The translations under genes were made by a program, and so were the position numbers. Below, piece by piece: positions 38,201 through 51,359 of a stretch of DNA of 64,000 nucleotides. Numbering within the stretch: the stretch's first letter is position 1; every line of letters begins with the position of its first letter. Under the pieces are notes generated by a model. The model saw only the letters and a program-made list of their open reading frames with translations. It was not told the DNA's origin and searched no databases. This DNA is from Octopus vulgaris (Eukaryota). The stretch covers positions 93,496,001 to 93,560,000 of the forward strand of contig OX597815.1 of the NCBI GenBank assembly GCA_951406725.2, in the 5' to 3' direction.

Positions 38201-40844
38201 CTACCTCCACATCACAGATCTTGTCATTTTGTCTAATTAGATTTGCCTTCACTCCTCAAAGATTGATGCGTCATTATTTTATTCCATTAAATACCAATAT
38301 CTGAGAAGTCTAAACTTTCTACATAATTCAATGCTATGTATTTTAACAATTTATTAAGTTGTCAACAATTCTTAATGTTATGTCTTATTGTTATTTAGCC
38401 TGAAGTCAGATCACATTGATCAGATTTATGATCAAAGATAACCATGTCAAGCAACCACATAGAAATTTCATCATTATTGGTGCAGAATATTATAAATGCA
38501 TTTGAAAGATAGGCTATTAATATAACAGACTGGGCATATGTCTCACTATATTACAAATACTCACTTTATAAAGGTCAGAGGACTGAAAGACAAAATCATA
38601 GGAACAAGGTTTCTGTAACACACAGAAACACTGACCAAAGTGATCCAAAATTAAGTCCATCATCATCACTAAATCATACATTAAAGTTCAATCCACCATC
38701 ACTGCCATGACCATCTACACCAACATCTTTTTGGAAAGCTGGCTGGTCTTGTACTTCTACCACCCAGGTGCCACAATCCATTTGTCTTTCCACCTCTCAT
38801 CACTTTTTGTGCACCCAACCCTTACAGCCCTACACTAACCCATTATAATCCTTTCTCTCCAGAATATTAGCCTGCCATAATCTTCTCCCTGTTCATATCT
38901 TTCCTGCAAGAATTGACCTATAACAGTTTAAACAGAATATTAATAGTATGAAGCTCACTAATCTTAAAAGGCTTGCGACAGTCATGGGCAAAGACTCTTC
39001 CTCCAGACTCAGCAAATAAGTAAAAAAGACTTCTATTTCATTCTTTTAAAGTCACATTTATAAGAAATTTCAAATATATTACCTTACATTCATCTTTGCA
39101 ATTACAGACATTTATATATAAATTGATTTTACATATACTTTAAGGCAAACACAGTTGTGTGCTTTGCCTAGAAGGAACTTATCTGTACAGCCAATGTGCC
39201 CTCCTTTTCAGTAGATACAGTTTGTTTATTCCTTGTAAGTTCTAAAAAGTTTGACCGTAGTCCTGGTTTCTTGGGGTTAAGACAATGGGAAGTAAGTCTA
39301 CTCCTAGAAAGAACACCAATACCTCACATGATCTGGGATCTAATTTGAACACTTAAGTGGAATAACAGTTAATGTAGAACAGCTAATGCAGAATAAAGTG
39401 TTCTGTCCAGGTTTGAACTCATGACCTATAAGTATGAGGTCCATCACTTGGTCACTTCCTTGTATTAAAAAATTAATATAGGTGGTCTAAGATTTAATTT
39501 ATGAAAATATCTAGAATTACTGAGTTGTGAGAAACATGAAAATGATAACAGCTGCCTTGATAAATTCATGAACATCACTTGCTGAGGTCACAAACTGAGA
39601 GTTGAATAAGAATATAAGTAATTTAATCCATTTTATGCAAGTTACATATGCTTCAAAAACAAACAGTAATTTTAAGCACCTCATATTAATATTTTATCAG
39701 TCTTAATACTATCTCTAGTTTGGTTATGAAAAATGGCAAGCTTACTGGGGAATTTATTTCTGCTTACAAGAACATTATAAAGTCTATGAACATATCCAGA
39801 AATGTCTGTTATAATAAACCATGAGTAAAACTAAAATATATCAAACCAAAGGAGCCTCAACATGGTTGCTCAATTTGCTGGAGATTGCAGCTGAATCACT
39901 TTTAAAGCATACTCAATTGTTTTTATAAGCTGAAAGGTACATTAAACAGTGTGGTCTTAAAGATTGCACAGGTTAAGGATGTTTTTGGTGAGATCAGAAA
40001 TATATTGTCAAATAAACCGCTAGCAATAAGAGTAAACAAAAGAGTATTGGGGCAAACATAGAACCAATGTGGCTGTGTGACCTGAAATGTAAACAAAGGC
40101 AAAAGTTTGTCAATGTTGCAGAGATGTAGCTTTCTTACACAAATGCAGAAGATATCTTATACAGATAGAGTACCAAATGTCTAAGTGTTCTGAGAAGTAG
40201 AAACTACTAATAGCATAAAGACACAAGAGTATCATATGAGAAAACAAAACCTTGAAGAAACCAAAGAAAACAGAGAGAGAAGATACTTTGTTCTTATCAG
40301 TCATTACAGAAAAACCAGCCCAGTAACTTAATAATTTTTGGGGTGTGTGAGACAAGAGGAGGTTAAGTCTATAATTGCCAGTATCTCTAGGCATGGCACA
40401 TACAGAAGTCTTCGAAAGGTACTACATTTGAAAGAGGGATGGGATAGTCATGGATGGACTAACTTTGATAATGGGCCTGTTTAGTCTGGCTCAACATAGT
40501 TTGACAACAAATAAACCATTTGCAAGAAATTTAGTTTGAGCTGAATAACTTTAAAGAGCTATAAATATTTATATAGCACCTTAAAATAAGAAAAATTAAT
40601 AAAACTAGGGATTATTGCATGATAATTTTAATGAGAAGGTTCAGTTTTAAGGCTAAAAGATCATTAAATTTTCTATACATTATTAACACTAAGCTGTAAT
40701 AAATTTAATAAAATTCTTTAATTTATTATAAACATTAAAACGTGTTCAAATTAAAACATTTGCAGTTATTGTCAAGATCGTTGCATTAAAATACCAAGTT
40801 TCATCTTGCATCAATGCCCTGATAAATGATGATTCAGATTTTTG

Positions 40845-41210
40845 AGGTGCATGTGTAGTTGTGTAGTAAGAAGTTTGCTTCCCAACCACATGTTTCTGGG
40901 TTCAGTCCCACTACATGGCAGCTTAGGGAAGTGTATTCCACTATAGCCCCAGGCTGACCAAAGTCTTATGAGTGGATTTGGTAGAAAGAAACCCGTTGTG
41001 TGTGTATGTATTTGTCCTCCCACCACTGCTTGACAACCAGTTGTTTTGTTTACATCCCTACAACTTAGCAGTTCGGCATCAGAAAACATAAGAGACTGAT
41101 AGAATAGGTACTAGGCTTAATAAGTACTAGGGTTGATTTGTTCAAGTAAACCATTCAAGGCAGTTGCCCAGCATGACTCAATCCAATGACTGAAACAGGT
41201 AAAAGATTAA
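40845..41210 (+). mobile_element. tRNA-derived SINE
   Basis: GGTGCATGTGTAGTTGTGTAGTAAGAAGTTTGCTTCCCAACCAC..GGTTCAGTCCC head; AATGACTGAAACAGGTAAAAGA tail. Confidence 0.88.
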
Positions 41211-41292
41211 AGAAATATGAATTCAAATCTCTAAATCGTATAACTAATATCTGAAAAATGTCATTTATAACTCTTGATGTTATTCAGCTTAT

Positions 41293-41678
41293 AGGTGCAG
41301 GTGTTACTGTGTGGTAAGAAGCTTGCTTTCCAACCACATGGTTCCCGGTTCACTCTCACTGTGTGGCACCTTGGGCAAGTGTCTTCTGCTATAGACTCAG
41401 GCTTGTGAGTGGATTTGGTAGACGGAAACTGAAAGAAGTTTGTCGTTTATATGTATGTTTTTGTGTGTGTGTTTGTCCACCACCACCACCTGACAACCAG
41501 TACTGGTGTGTTTGCATCCCCATAACTTAGTGGTTCAGCAAAAAAGGCCAATAGAATAAGTATCAGACTTAAAAAAAGATAAGTAATGGGGGTCAATTCA
41601 TTCATTTGACTAAAAATTCAAGGCAGTGCCCCAGCATGTTTGCAGTGTAATGACTGAAACAAGAAAAAGACAAAAGAT
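41293..41678 (+). mobile_element. tRNA-derived SINE (tandem with previous copy)
   Basis: Same head, CACCTTGGGCAAGTGTCTTC core and tail. Confidence 0.88.
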
Positions 41679-43394
41679 AATGTAGGTATAAAATAGTTAA
41701 ATGGATAAAGTATTTGACCACCAACTCATAGATCTGGAGCTTAAATACATCACAAACATTTGTTGCATATAGGAACCTTCTTTTATCCTCTGTTCTGTAT
41801 ACTTCAGTTCACCAAACTTTGGACATACATATCCAGTCTTGTAATAATGTTATTTCTAACAGAGTAGCATCATATCTAAGTGGAAAAATCATCTCAATGA
41901 CTTGATTAGGAAGCCAAATACTGGCATTATGAGCTTATGGATCTTGAAAAGTCAGACATTTATTATGTATCAACTACTACAAGTGGTTTGTACAATGGAC
42001 AAGTGAACAACACAAATCTGATCTTAACAAACAACAGAATCTAAAGTATTAAATAAAACTTGATAACAAAGGAAAAAATACAAACTATACTGATTAACAA
42101 AATGAATTTCCAATATAAATCTCAGATTTCTTAAAAACAGTTTCACTCACTGTTTCTATGAAGTCATTTCTGATAAATACTGACAAAAGCTAGACTGTCC
42201 ATATATTGGATGTTTATTAAAGCTTTGAAACAATGTCTTTTGGACAACAATATATTTCCCCATGTATCTACATCACTTATCACTTTTTTCATTAACATAT
42301 AAATGGACATATTTTCAATTAGCTCAGGAACAAAAGCAAAAAATAAATCAAGATACTGATACAAAAGTAGTCAAGATATTGATACATAAATTGTACCAAA
42401 ATTCTGTGTACTTCAAAATTACAGCAACCGTTTCCACTAAATTCTGTCATATTCACAACTGAAAATTCTAACTTTACATGTTGGACATTTTCCAGTTGAG
42501 TATGTTCGTGAACAAACACACACAATTGGCAAGAACTACCAAAAGTTACTTCCATTCTCCTTCATTCCAGTACAGTCTACTAGATATTTTATTGAATTGT
42601 ACTCTAACTTACAGCAATATGCTAGGACTCTAAATCTTTCCTTCAATGAGCTAATACATCTCTCTTCATTTTAGAACTTCTAAAAAACAAAAATCCATTT
42701 CAGCTTTCAAAAGACAGGTATACTAAATAGTATAAATATCTATATTCTATTAATATCAATTAACTTCTCTCACATGAGCATCATACAAAATGTTAACATA
42801 TTTTGCATCCCCTGGTTTGACATTGTCCTTCACAAAATCTTAAGCTCTCAGGTGAAAGTCTTGAAATTTATAATTAAATATTAGTTAAACAATACATTAT
42901 CCATCCTTAACTGATACGTTTGTGATAATACGAATCATTAATTTATACGTATTATTAGATTTAACAATTCCTAATTACAGCCTGATAACACGTCACTTGA
43001 CTGCCATCACCCCACAACTATTAACAACAGTTATATTTTCTGGCATGATTCAGCTGAAAGGCTCTCCGTACTATGTGTGCAGGCGCTAGTGGGTAAATTA
43101 AGAAGTGAACGTGCTTCCCGTTCGTCTCTAATTCCTTTGTTATGTGAGAATACATAACAAACATTTGTAAACACTACTACATACTATTCTGAATGAAGCT
43201 CTCAAAAGATCTGAATATAAAGCTGTAGTGACTATAATAGTATAATTCTCTTAGTATCATAGCTGAGATAGTCCAAGACAAAAACTAATAATCAACTGCA
43301 CTGATATAATGGACATACTTTATTCATGTGGACATATTTGGTTTATAACTAATACTTTTATACAAACAGCATACCTTTGCATATGACATTACGC

Positions 43395-43795
43395 TTTGAG
43401 GAAGCCTCTATGCGGGTATTAAACCTGCTAGAAATGGCAGCCAAATCTCAACCATTAAAAAAAAAGGACAAACTGAATAATGAAATACTGAACACAAAAA
43501 AAAGATAGGGTGGTCAGGGCGGGAACATCTTTGATAATAGGTAGGCGCGACCAGAGTTGACCTCAAGTTAAATTTGGAGGGGAGGGGGCACACTAAGTTG
43601 TTCATCGCCGGTGAAACCTTGATTAAGCAGACACCTATGTTCAGTTATTCCAATCGTGAACATGCGGTGAGGGGTGGGGAGTTAGGGTTCTCGGTATTAA
43701 TGTGTTTTTCAATGATTGGAAGAGTGTGATTTGAAAGAGAAATGACTGCTATTGATAATAGGTCGAGCAACCGCACAGACGCTCCCTCAATGGTT
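43395..43795. repeat. Inverted pair of an interspersed repeat family also seen at about 4480, 5100, 7370, 10380, 20620, 27490, 29770 and 39850
   Basis: GAGGAAGCCTCTATGCGGG..CCTGCTAGAAATGGCAGCCAAATCTC on the left; reverse-complement-like GAAATGACTGCTATTG..TAGGTCGAGCAACCGCACAGACGCTCCCTC on the right. Confidence 0.6.
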
Positions 43796-44332
43796 CTAAC
43801 GCTTTAAAGTGGCAATTTAACAGTAAGAAGAACTACTAGTCAGCTTCAGTCTAGAGGAAGTTAAAGAACAGGAAACTGGGAACTAGGTGGAAAGGGAGCT
43901 GGCATGATGATTCAAGACGAGCACTGATGATTATGAGCAACACTGAAACAATAAAATATGCTCCAGTTGTTGACATGAATTACAGTGCTATAATTAACTA
44001 ACAATGATTACCATTGAAAGAATCGCTACTGTAAAATTCTATAACAAAAAGTGGGTACCTTTCTATAATGTAGTTCAATGAGAATATCCACATTTTTTAA
44101 AGGTGATTCGTAATTCGAATTACATATGAAGCATCTATATAAAATTGTTGAATACTAAATTTTAATTAAATAAGACGAAAAGAGCAGCAAAAATATAGGT
44201 GGTGCAATTGATATAAGTTAATTAATACAAAGAATATCACTACATAAGAATAAGTATATGAAATACATATAGTAGCAGTCGTAGGCCAGAAGTGTTTACA
44301 CATGTTCTTAATAATTATACACACAGATATAA

Positions 44333-44373
<41 letters not shown>

Positions 44374-46025
44374 CATCATACTAAAGACTATGCTAGTCTT
44401 TAGAGGATTCATCAAAACGAAATTTTACCCCTCCCTCCCTCCCACCACTCAGAAATGAGTAATGTGTGTACGTGTGTTAAATGTAGAGAAAAAAGAAGGG
44501 AATGAGTCTAGCCTTAATATAGGTGTTGCAAGTACGATAACAAGACAGTCGGCCTGTGTCTAGGTCTCTCTTCCATCACCCCCCACCCCGGTCTTATACT
44601 ACAAATTATATTATCGAGTTGCAAAATGTACTTTCACCAATGAAAATTTTGCACCGATGCAAGCTTTTAATCCGTGAATACCCCTGATTTTGGACGCAAT
44701 AACATAGAATAATTATATATATATATATATATTATAATGAGAGATTCGCAGAGATAAACATGAAACGATGCAATGATACGGTCATGTGGTGTGCGCGTGT
44801 ATCTTATCCCACATGTAATTAATGTTTTAATTAAAGAAGAATATAATAGAAATTAAATGAATCGCTACATAAGAAATTAAATGAATCACATTATCGACAG
44901 CATAACCTAAGAATGATATAATGAGGTGCATGAAATGACAGTAAGTCGAATGCTTGCCAGAGAGAAGCTATGGACTTGAATAAATTACAGAAATGATAAA
45001 GCGGTTTCTAGATTATGTGTGTTCGGTGTAAAATTATTCTAAAATTTCTAACTAACGAGACCGTTCCGTCGAAGAATCTAATGAAAGAAGCGGAAAACCA
45101 ACAGATACCGATTTATATACGAAATCAAAGAGCTACTGAACAATTAAAAATTCTCTCTAAACATTTTCAAAGTAATTCATTTTTCGAGTGACTACACGGG
45201 GAGAGAGAAAGAGAGAGAGAACACATTGATACACATTTCGGTTGAGAATTCATGAAAGCTACTTGTAAATGTCAGGTTAGGGTCAACCAGCTAATGCATA
45301 AATTAAAGGGGTTTAAGAAAACGGTTTAAAAAAAAAAAGGCAATGCAAAATATTAATAACAATTAAGCAACAACATTTGTTCAAATAGTGAGAAACACGT
45401 CTCCAAAGAAACCGTTCACTTCATTTCTATTTCAACAGTACAATTCCTCTATATCTCGCATCACACACACACACATACATACATAGCTTCCTTCCGCTAC
45501 ATATGCTAAGCAAACAAAATAACAGAAATACCTAGTAATTATGCTACAGTGCTGCGTGCGTACATGTGTGTGTGTGTGAACGTGAAATTATTTTGAATAA
45601 ATGACTCAAAATAAAGAAGTTAATCAATGAAAGTTGTCTTTTTTCTTTAATTTAAATATATGATTGTCTTGTTTCTTTCCTCCTTAAATAACTGAAAACA
45701 TGTTAGAAATCTGAAGTCAGATGAAATATAAAAAACGTATACAACAGATATATTTTAATGCAGGGACACATTTCAAATAACACGCCTTGATTTTTAAGAA
45801 TAAATAACATCAAACTAAGTTGTCTCTTAATTTACTACCGCTCATTCCTATCAAACTCGGAACTGAAATTTTTGGTAAGGAAATATCGATGAAAATTCTG
45901 TGACCTGAAAGGCCCAAAAAATTACAACAGTCATTACAACACATGAGAGAGAGAGGTGGGTCAGAAAGAAATAGAGGGATAGGGAACAAATACAGAGTTA
46001 TATTGTACTCGGAGTAAACGAATAG

Positions 46026-46049
46026 CATCTTGCGCGTCATTTCGGCGGG
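46026..46049. promoter_or_regulatory. Core promoter motif cluster: CRE/ATF half-site and E2F-like site
   Basis: CATCTTGCGCGTCATTTCGGCGGG contains GCGTCA (TGACGC on minus, 46034-46039) abutting TTTCGGCGGG (46040-46049), inside the CpG-rich domain. Confidence 0.45.
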
Positions 46050-46235
46050 TTATGAACAAAAGATAGAAAGGCATTGCTAACTGGTATGTTTCAAAATGTG
46101 TTTGGATATGTAGACTTCAGAAAATGCATTTACGTAAACATTCATTAATATTCAGATATACAAATGTGTCGATCAAATACGAACACACACATATCTGTAA
46201 ATATATACTTTCACGCGCACACACTGACATACATA

Positions 46236-46640
46236 GATGCAGGCATGACTGTATGGTTACGTCCACTCCCTAGTTATCTAGTTTCGGGTTCAGTCCCACT
46301 GCGTTACATTTTAGCCAGTATTTACCCCTGTACATCAGGGTTGAAAAAGCCTTATGAATGGAGTTAGATGGAAACTGAAAAAACAAAAAAAAACATTGTG
46401 TGTGTGTGTACTGTGTCCGTGTCTTAACATCGCACGATAGTTGTAAATGAATGTCACCATCATACAAACGGTGTCATTTCTTTCCCATCATCTGTGAAAT
46501 ATTTCTCCTCGGCCATGGAGGAAGCTTTATTTTGCCTGGAAACAGGTGATGGTGGTAGACAGGAAGGATACGGCGTGGTGCTAAATCTACCACAATGAAT
46601 TCTGCCCGACCCATGCAAGCATGGAAAAGTAACCGTTAAA
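46236..46640 (+). mobile_element. tRNA-derived SINE retaining CpGs
   Basis: Same architecture as 16656-17150 (GGGTTCAGTCCCACTGCG; CCCGACCCATGCAAGCATGGAAAAG). Confidence 0.8.
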
Positions 46641-46743
46641 AGATAGACAGACGGATAGATATAAAGATAGAGGAGTGAGAGAGAAAGAGAGATACGTCCA
46701 TATATATATATATATATATATAAATGTATGTATTTATATATAA

Positions 46744-47338
46744 CTAGCAGCTAAACCCGGTTTCACATGGTCGGTTTGGATGATGTAGCTGTAAAACCTG
46801 CTCTGTGTAAGCATTTGATTTGTTTGGGCACGCTTACTTTAAAAAGCAATTTTAGAATGACTTTTTTCTGTCAAAACCCTAAAAATAACTGACCAACAAA
46901 ACAATAAACCAACCAAGATTCAACCAAATCAAAAAATAAACCCAAATACTAAACAAAGATGAACCATCCCACTTCCATTGCGCGTGCACACGCACACACA
47001 TTCACATACCCCTCCCCTTTACATACATTCACACAGTTGAAACGCTGTTTGATTTATTTTTTCAGCATACAATTTCCATCATCCCACTACCAAGTATGAC
47101 ATTACCCCTTCCTTCCTTATTCATCTATCACCTCTTCCTCCCTCATTCATAAACAAAAGAGTATTATCATATTAGATTATCTCGGTAACCATGGGAGCTA
47201 TGAAAAAATACAAAGCCCAGCATCACCACCAAATCATTCTACACATCTGTGTAATTTTTTTGTGCAATTCCACCCATCCGTTTGACCGTGAATTCCAAGA
47301 CAAGAAAGAATCGCCCATGTCAAATTTATATGTATAGA
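46744..47338 (-). mobile_element. Non-autonomous Helitron (second family)
   Basis: Minus strand A|TCTATACATATAAA 5' end; imperfect subterminal hairpin ACCATGTGAAACCGGGT; CTAG|T 3' end. Confidence 0.78.
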
Positions 47339-47664
47339 TACATCACATTGGCACAGTGATCAGAGAAAAATAAAAGTGAGAAAGGATGATATTAAGAATG
47401 AGGGAAGGATGGTCAAAAGTGTGTCCAGGAGAGAGAGAAATAACTGCTATCACAAAAACTGGATAGGTAATGTAATCTTGTTTTCATGTAATTACAGCAG
47501 CAGAACAATGTAATAGTTAGAGTAGTGACAGAGTGACAGGTAGATGGGAAAGACTTGGCAGGAGCAAATTGGGTGCAAGGCCTAGCTGTGCATATAGACA
47601 TAAACAATAATGCCTTTATGACCTCAGTTTTGTTGTGATGATGGGTCTTCTTGAGCAAATCACC

Positions 47665-48035
47665 AATCACCTCAGTCCTTTGTCATTCCTTACATGAGGC
47701 TCAACACTCAGACATCTTCACTATCTCATCCCACATCTTACTAGGTCATCCATCCTTATTTAGAGATCAGCACTATATATAGCTGCTCATGTCTACATAC
47801 ACCACATGACCATAAGTGCACTCTTCTCTCTTGCAAACTACACACAATTCCTCTTATGTCCAATTTTTCTCTCAACACAATTGTATTTGTTATTTATGCA
47901 CACTGATACTGGGCATCCAAAAGCATATAATAGCTTCATTTCCTTCTTGTTTTGCAAGTCCCTTGCATTCAGGGACCATGTTTCACTATTATGTAGCATT
48001 GGAGTTCTAACACAAGCATCTCTCTGTCATTTATT
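47665..48035 (-). mobile_element. RTE LINE 3' fragment
   Basis: Similar to the reverse complement of RTE ends at 58130-58500 and 61740-62000. Confidence 0.6.
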
Positions 48036-48789
48036 CTGAGAATGTATATATATAAATACAAACATATATGAATACATATATATATATAAATACATTTATA
48101 TAATCGTTTTGCAAGATTCTTGATATAAAATCATGTGCTGAAACATTGTTGTTATACTTACGTGTTTAATTGGCAAAACATGATTATCCACAAGTATAAC
48201 AATACATATAAATATTTATCATTATTATCATCATTTAACATGCATGTCCCATGGGCTGGCCAATTTGACAGGATCAGATGGGCCAAACGAAAGAATCATG
48301 TCCTAGTGTCTGTTTTGACCTGGTTTCTACACGTTCCTAACACTAACCACTTTACAGCATGTACTGAATGCAGTTTTCAAGCCCCTGGCACAAGTGAGAT
48401 CACCATGTGGCTTGCAAGACTATGAAATTCAGGATTGATTTTATGTTAAGAGATGAAGGGTTAAAGCATGAAAGAAGAGGTCTCCTGCTATACAAGAGTT
48501 ACAAGACCATTCACATACTGAAAGTCAGAATAAAACTGAAAAATTATTGCAATGGTGGTGATGAGGTGTCTGAGTAGACCCTTGAAGTATGACGTGAATA
48601 GGAGCAGAGGAACCAGAAGTGTGGGTGGGTGTATGCTGCAAGAGTGTATGGAGAAGTGAACGAGGGAATGGGTGAGGGGAGGAAAACTGAGCAACAACTG
48701 TAAAGATTTGGTAGGATTCAAGGTGTGCACAGAATGACCAATAACGGTGTTTGACAAAAACGACCCTATAGATACAAGTTCAGAGGATT

Positions 48790-49710
48790 TCATGTCACTA
48801 ATGAAATATCAAAACTTGTAAGTTAAAGTTTAATGTACAGAAGTGTGAGCTAGAAGAAGCAGACATTGAAGAAATGCTACACATAGACAATGATACACCA
48901 GTTGTGCATTCCTTGAGTGATGGGAAAATTGCTGAAATGGAGTTAAATATGGATAAAAATGAAGACAGTAGTGATGATGACAGACAACATAAGTGAAAAA
49001 ATTCCAATAAACGATATAGTGAAAATCTGTGAGCAGTTAATAGCTGGCCTTGAACAACATACATTTATCAGTAAGCAACAGATTATGGGAGTTTGCTCAA
49101 TTAAAGAGACATTGCTTAGACAGAAACCTATGCTAGTGAGACAGATGACACTTGAAGAAGTGCTACTTCATCACTTGAGAATCCTGTCAGAAATTTGCCT
49201 GCAACCTGATGACAACATTGGTGACACTGACAAACTATGTTCTACAACTTAACTGCAGATACATATTTAGCCTAGTTTGAACTAATTTATGGCTCTAGCA
49301 TATAAATAAACTGTTATACCATTTGTAGTTTTTCTTCATTCAAATTAGTGTGAATCCTTATATGTCTCTCTACAGAAATATTATGGTAAGGTGTATACCT
49401 GTACTTCTGGATCGTGTATTTTTATTTTAAATTATTCTACTTTATGTATTTTGCTATATGTATGGTCTTAATTATCTCACTATTTCATTTACCAGTATAT
49501 TACTCTGTAAATAAACTGTAACAATATTTGTAATCTTTATTTTCCCCACTGTATGTATACATGTGCTTTTGCTACCATGGTAGGATGTCTGTTTTGATGT
49601 CTAGTTTACAATCTGGAGCAGATGGCTTTTGTTCTGAAATCTGAAAAAATTTGAAATTCAGAACAACTGACCCCAAAGGTTCCGGATAAAGGATTGTGTA
49701 TCTCTGTGTA
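48790..49710 (+). mobile_element. Tigger/Jerky-like (pogo) transposon 3' remnant
   Basis: EEADIEEMLHIDNDTPVVHSLSDGKIAEM..EDSSDDD and EKIPINDIVKICEQLIAGLEQ..KETLLRQKPMLVRQMTL; Tigger-like end ..GGTTCCGGATAAAGGATTGTGTA. Confidence 0.7.
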
Positions 49711-49914
49711 TATGTGTGTGTGTATATATATATATATATGTGTGTTTGTGTGTGTATAAAAATATATATATAAAGGGGTTTGTACGATTGTGTATAGAGG
49801 GATATATATAATTCAAAGGAATTCCAACTCTGTCTGTTTTTTCTCCATTGTATTCTTATTGATAAAATTATACATGTACATACTTACATATGTGCATGCA
49901 TGTGCACACACACA

Positions 49915-50490
49915 CACAAGGATCAGCTGAAAATTCCATGTGCTGACCAAGGTATTCTCTTGGAATGAGAGTATCTCGGTCAACATAGTCCACCTTGCAG
50001 TCATCACATTTCTGTTGCAGTGCTTGCATTCTTCCCACTAGTAAAGAAGCTTTTATCTTGTTTGTCAAAAACGTCATCAGTAATAGATCATCACTGCAAT
50101 ACTGGTTTCCATCCAAGTGTTTTTTTCATGTTGGGGAACACATGATAGTCAGATAGGGCCAAATCAGGAGAATAAGGAGATTGATCAAAGTGACAGTCCT
50201 GATGAAACAACACCCCTTTCGTCAGTTTTTCTGGGCATTTGGTTCTTAATAATTTTTCATGAATGCCTCAGCAAGTTGACATAGTACGCCCATTGATGGT
50301 ATGGACCATTTGAAGACAGTCAATAAACACAATGCCTTTTGCATCCCCCAAAAAATTGAGTCCATCACTTTCCCTGCAGATGAAATGACTGGCCTTCTTT
50401 GGAGCAAGTGAGGAGGGTTGTTTCCACTGCATGGATTATCTCTGGCTCAAAGTGATGAACCCAACACTCATCCTGGGTTAGGAAACATTA
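49915..50490 (-). mobile_element. mariner transposon 3' remnant
   Basis: Minus frames give DAKGIVFIDCLQMVHTING, YSPDLALSDYH and QALQQKCDDCKVDYVD; TIR-like GATCAGCTGAAAATTCCATGTGCTGACC at about 49920. Confidence 0.8.
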
Positions 50491-50499
50491 AATTCTGCA

Positions 50500-51350
50500 T
50501 GAAAGAGGCATATGCTTTTTTAACATGTCCACACCTTCCTCTGCTTGTTTCTTCCATTGGCAGTGATGGCAAGCATTGCTTTTCCAATTGATATCACATG
50601 CCTCGAATAAGGTCTTTATACAGTCTTTAAATCATAGTGTTGGTTTCTGCTGTGAGCACTTTCCACTATCAAATTTGCCAAATATATAGCATCTGCTTAG
50701 GGATCTTCTAGCTGCTCATCTGAACAAGGTGTCCAGTCTAGTGTAAACAGTGCCTAAGCACCATCACTTCAATGCTCAGGACATCAGTTTCTCTCAAGAC
50801 CTCTGTGTCTGGAGTTCACAAAGACCAGCCAACTTTCAGGATGTGACATCAATAAAAAGTTCAAGGACCCTTACATGATGCCTGTAAGAGTGCACATCCT
50901 ACTTTAGTAAGGGAGAAATGTCAGGATACACGCATAGTACATGGCAATTTTTGTTTATCTTGTGATGGCAGGAGACTCAAGACCCCTGAAGAAATCAGTT
51001 GCCTTCTGAAGGCTTAAAGATATTTCATAATCCAAAGAGCAAGAATAGTTGAGTGTGCAGCACAAGTAGGCAAACTTGTCTACCACTTTCTGTACTGTTC
51101 CTTCAACTAAGATAGTTTCACATATGAGTTTCCTGGCATGGGCTGGAACATTACAGCAGGCTTGTCCAGGCTAATGCTGAATCTAAAATACCTTGCAAGA
51201 TGCATAAATATGATCCACAAGAATTTGCATGTCATCAACTGTACGAGCAAACAAGTCACAATCATCCACATAAACAAGATTATGTGCTTTAGTAGAGGTT
51301 GTATCACACAGAATCTTAACAGGCTTATTAACATAGTCTAGAGGGTTGGT
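50500..51350 (-). mobile_element. RTE (BovB-like) LINE fragment, RT YADD region to 3' end
   Basis: LVYVDDCDLFARTVDDMQILVD, FSISLDKPAVMFQP, VVDKFAYLC. Confidence 0.75.
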
Positions 51351-51359
51351 ACTCTATTA

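Larger units (their letters stand above)
42900..46700. promoter_or_regulatory. CpG-retaining (putatively unmethylated) promoter domain
   Basis: CpG is frequent here (about a dozen in 45001-45240) but nearly absent over kilobases of the flanks (e.g. 33000-33500). Repeat copies inside the domain keep their CpGs. Boundaries are approximate. Confidence 0.65.

Noticed and set aside
40845-41400. tRNA genes
   Set aside because: A/B-box-like heads belong to SINEs; no cloverleaf can be formed.
42151-42555. Overlapping minus-strand ORFs with a 23-bp duplication, bounded by TTTTCAG and GTGAGT
   Set aside because: No recognisable protein and many stops or upstream ATGs. It could be a non-coding exon but cannot be supported from sequence alone.
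49376-49385. Plus-strand 10-nt micro-exon ending in ATG (TACAG|AAATATTATG|GTAAGG)
   Set aside because: Lies within a Tigger remnant and has no compatible downstream exon.
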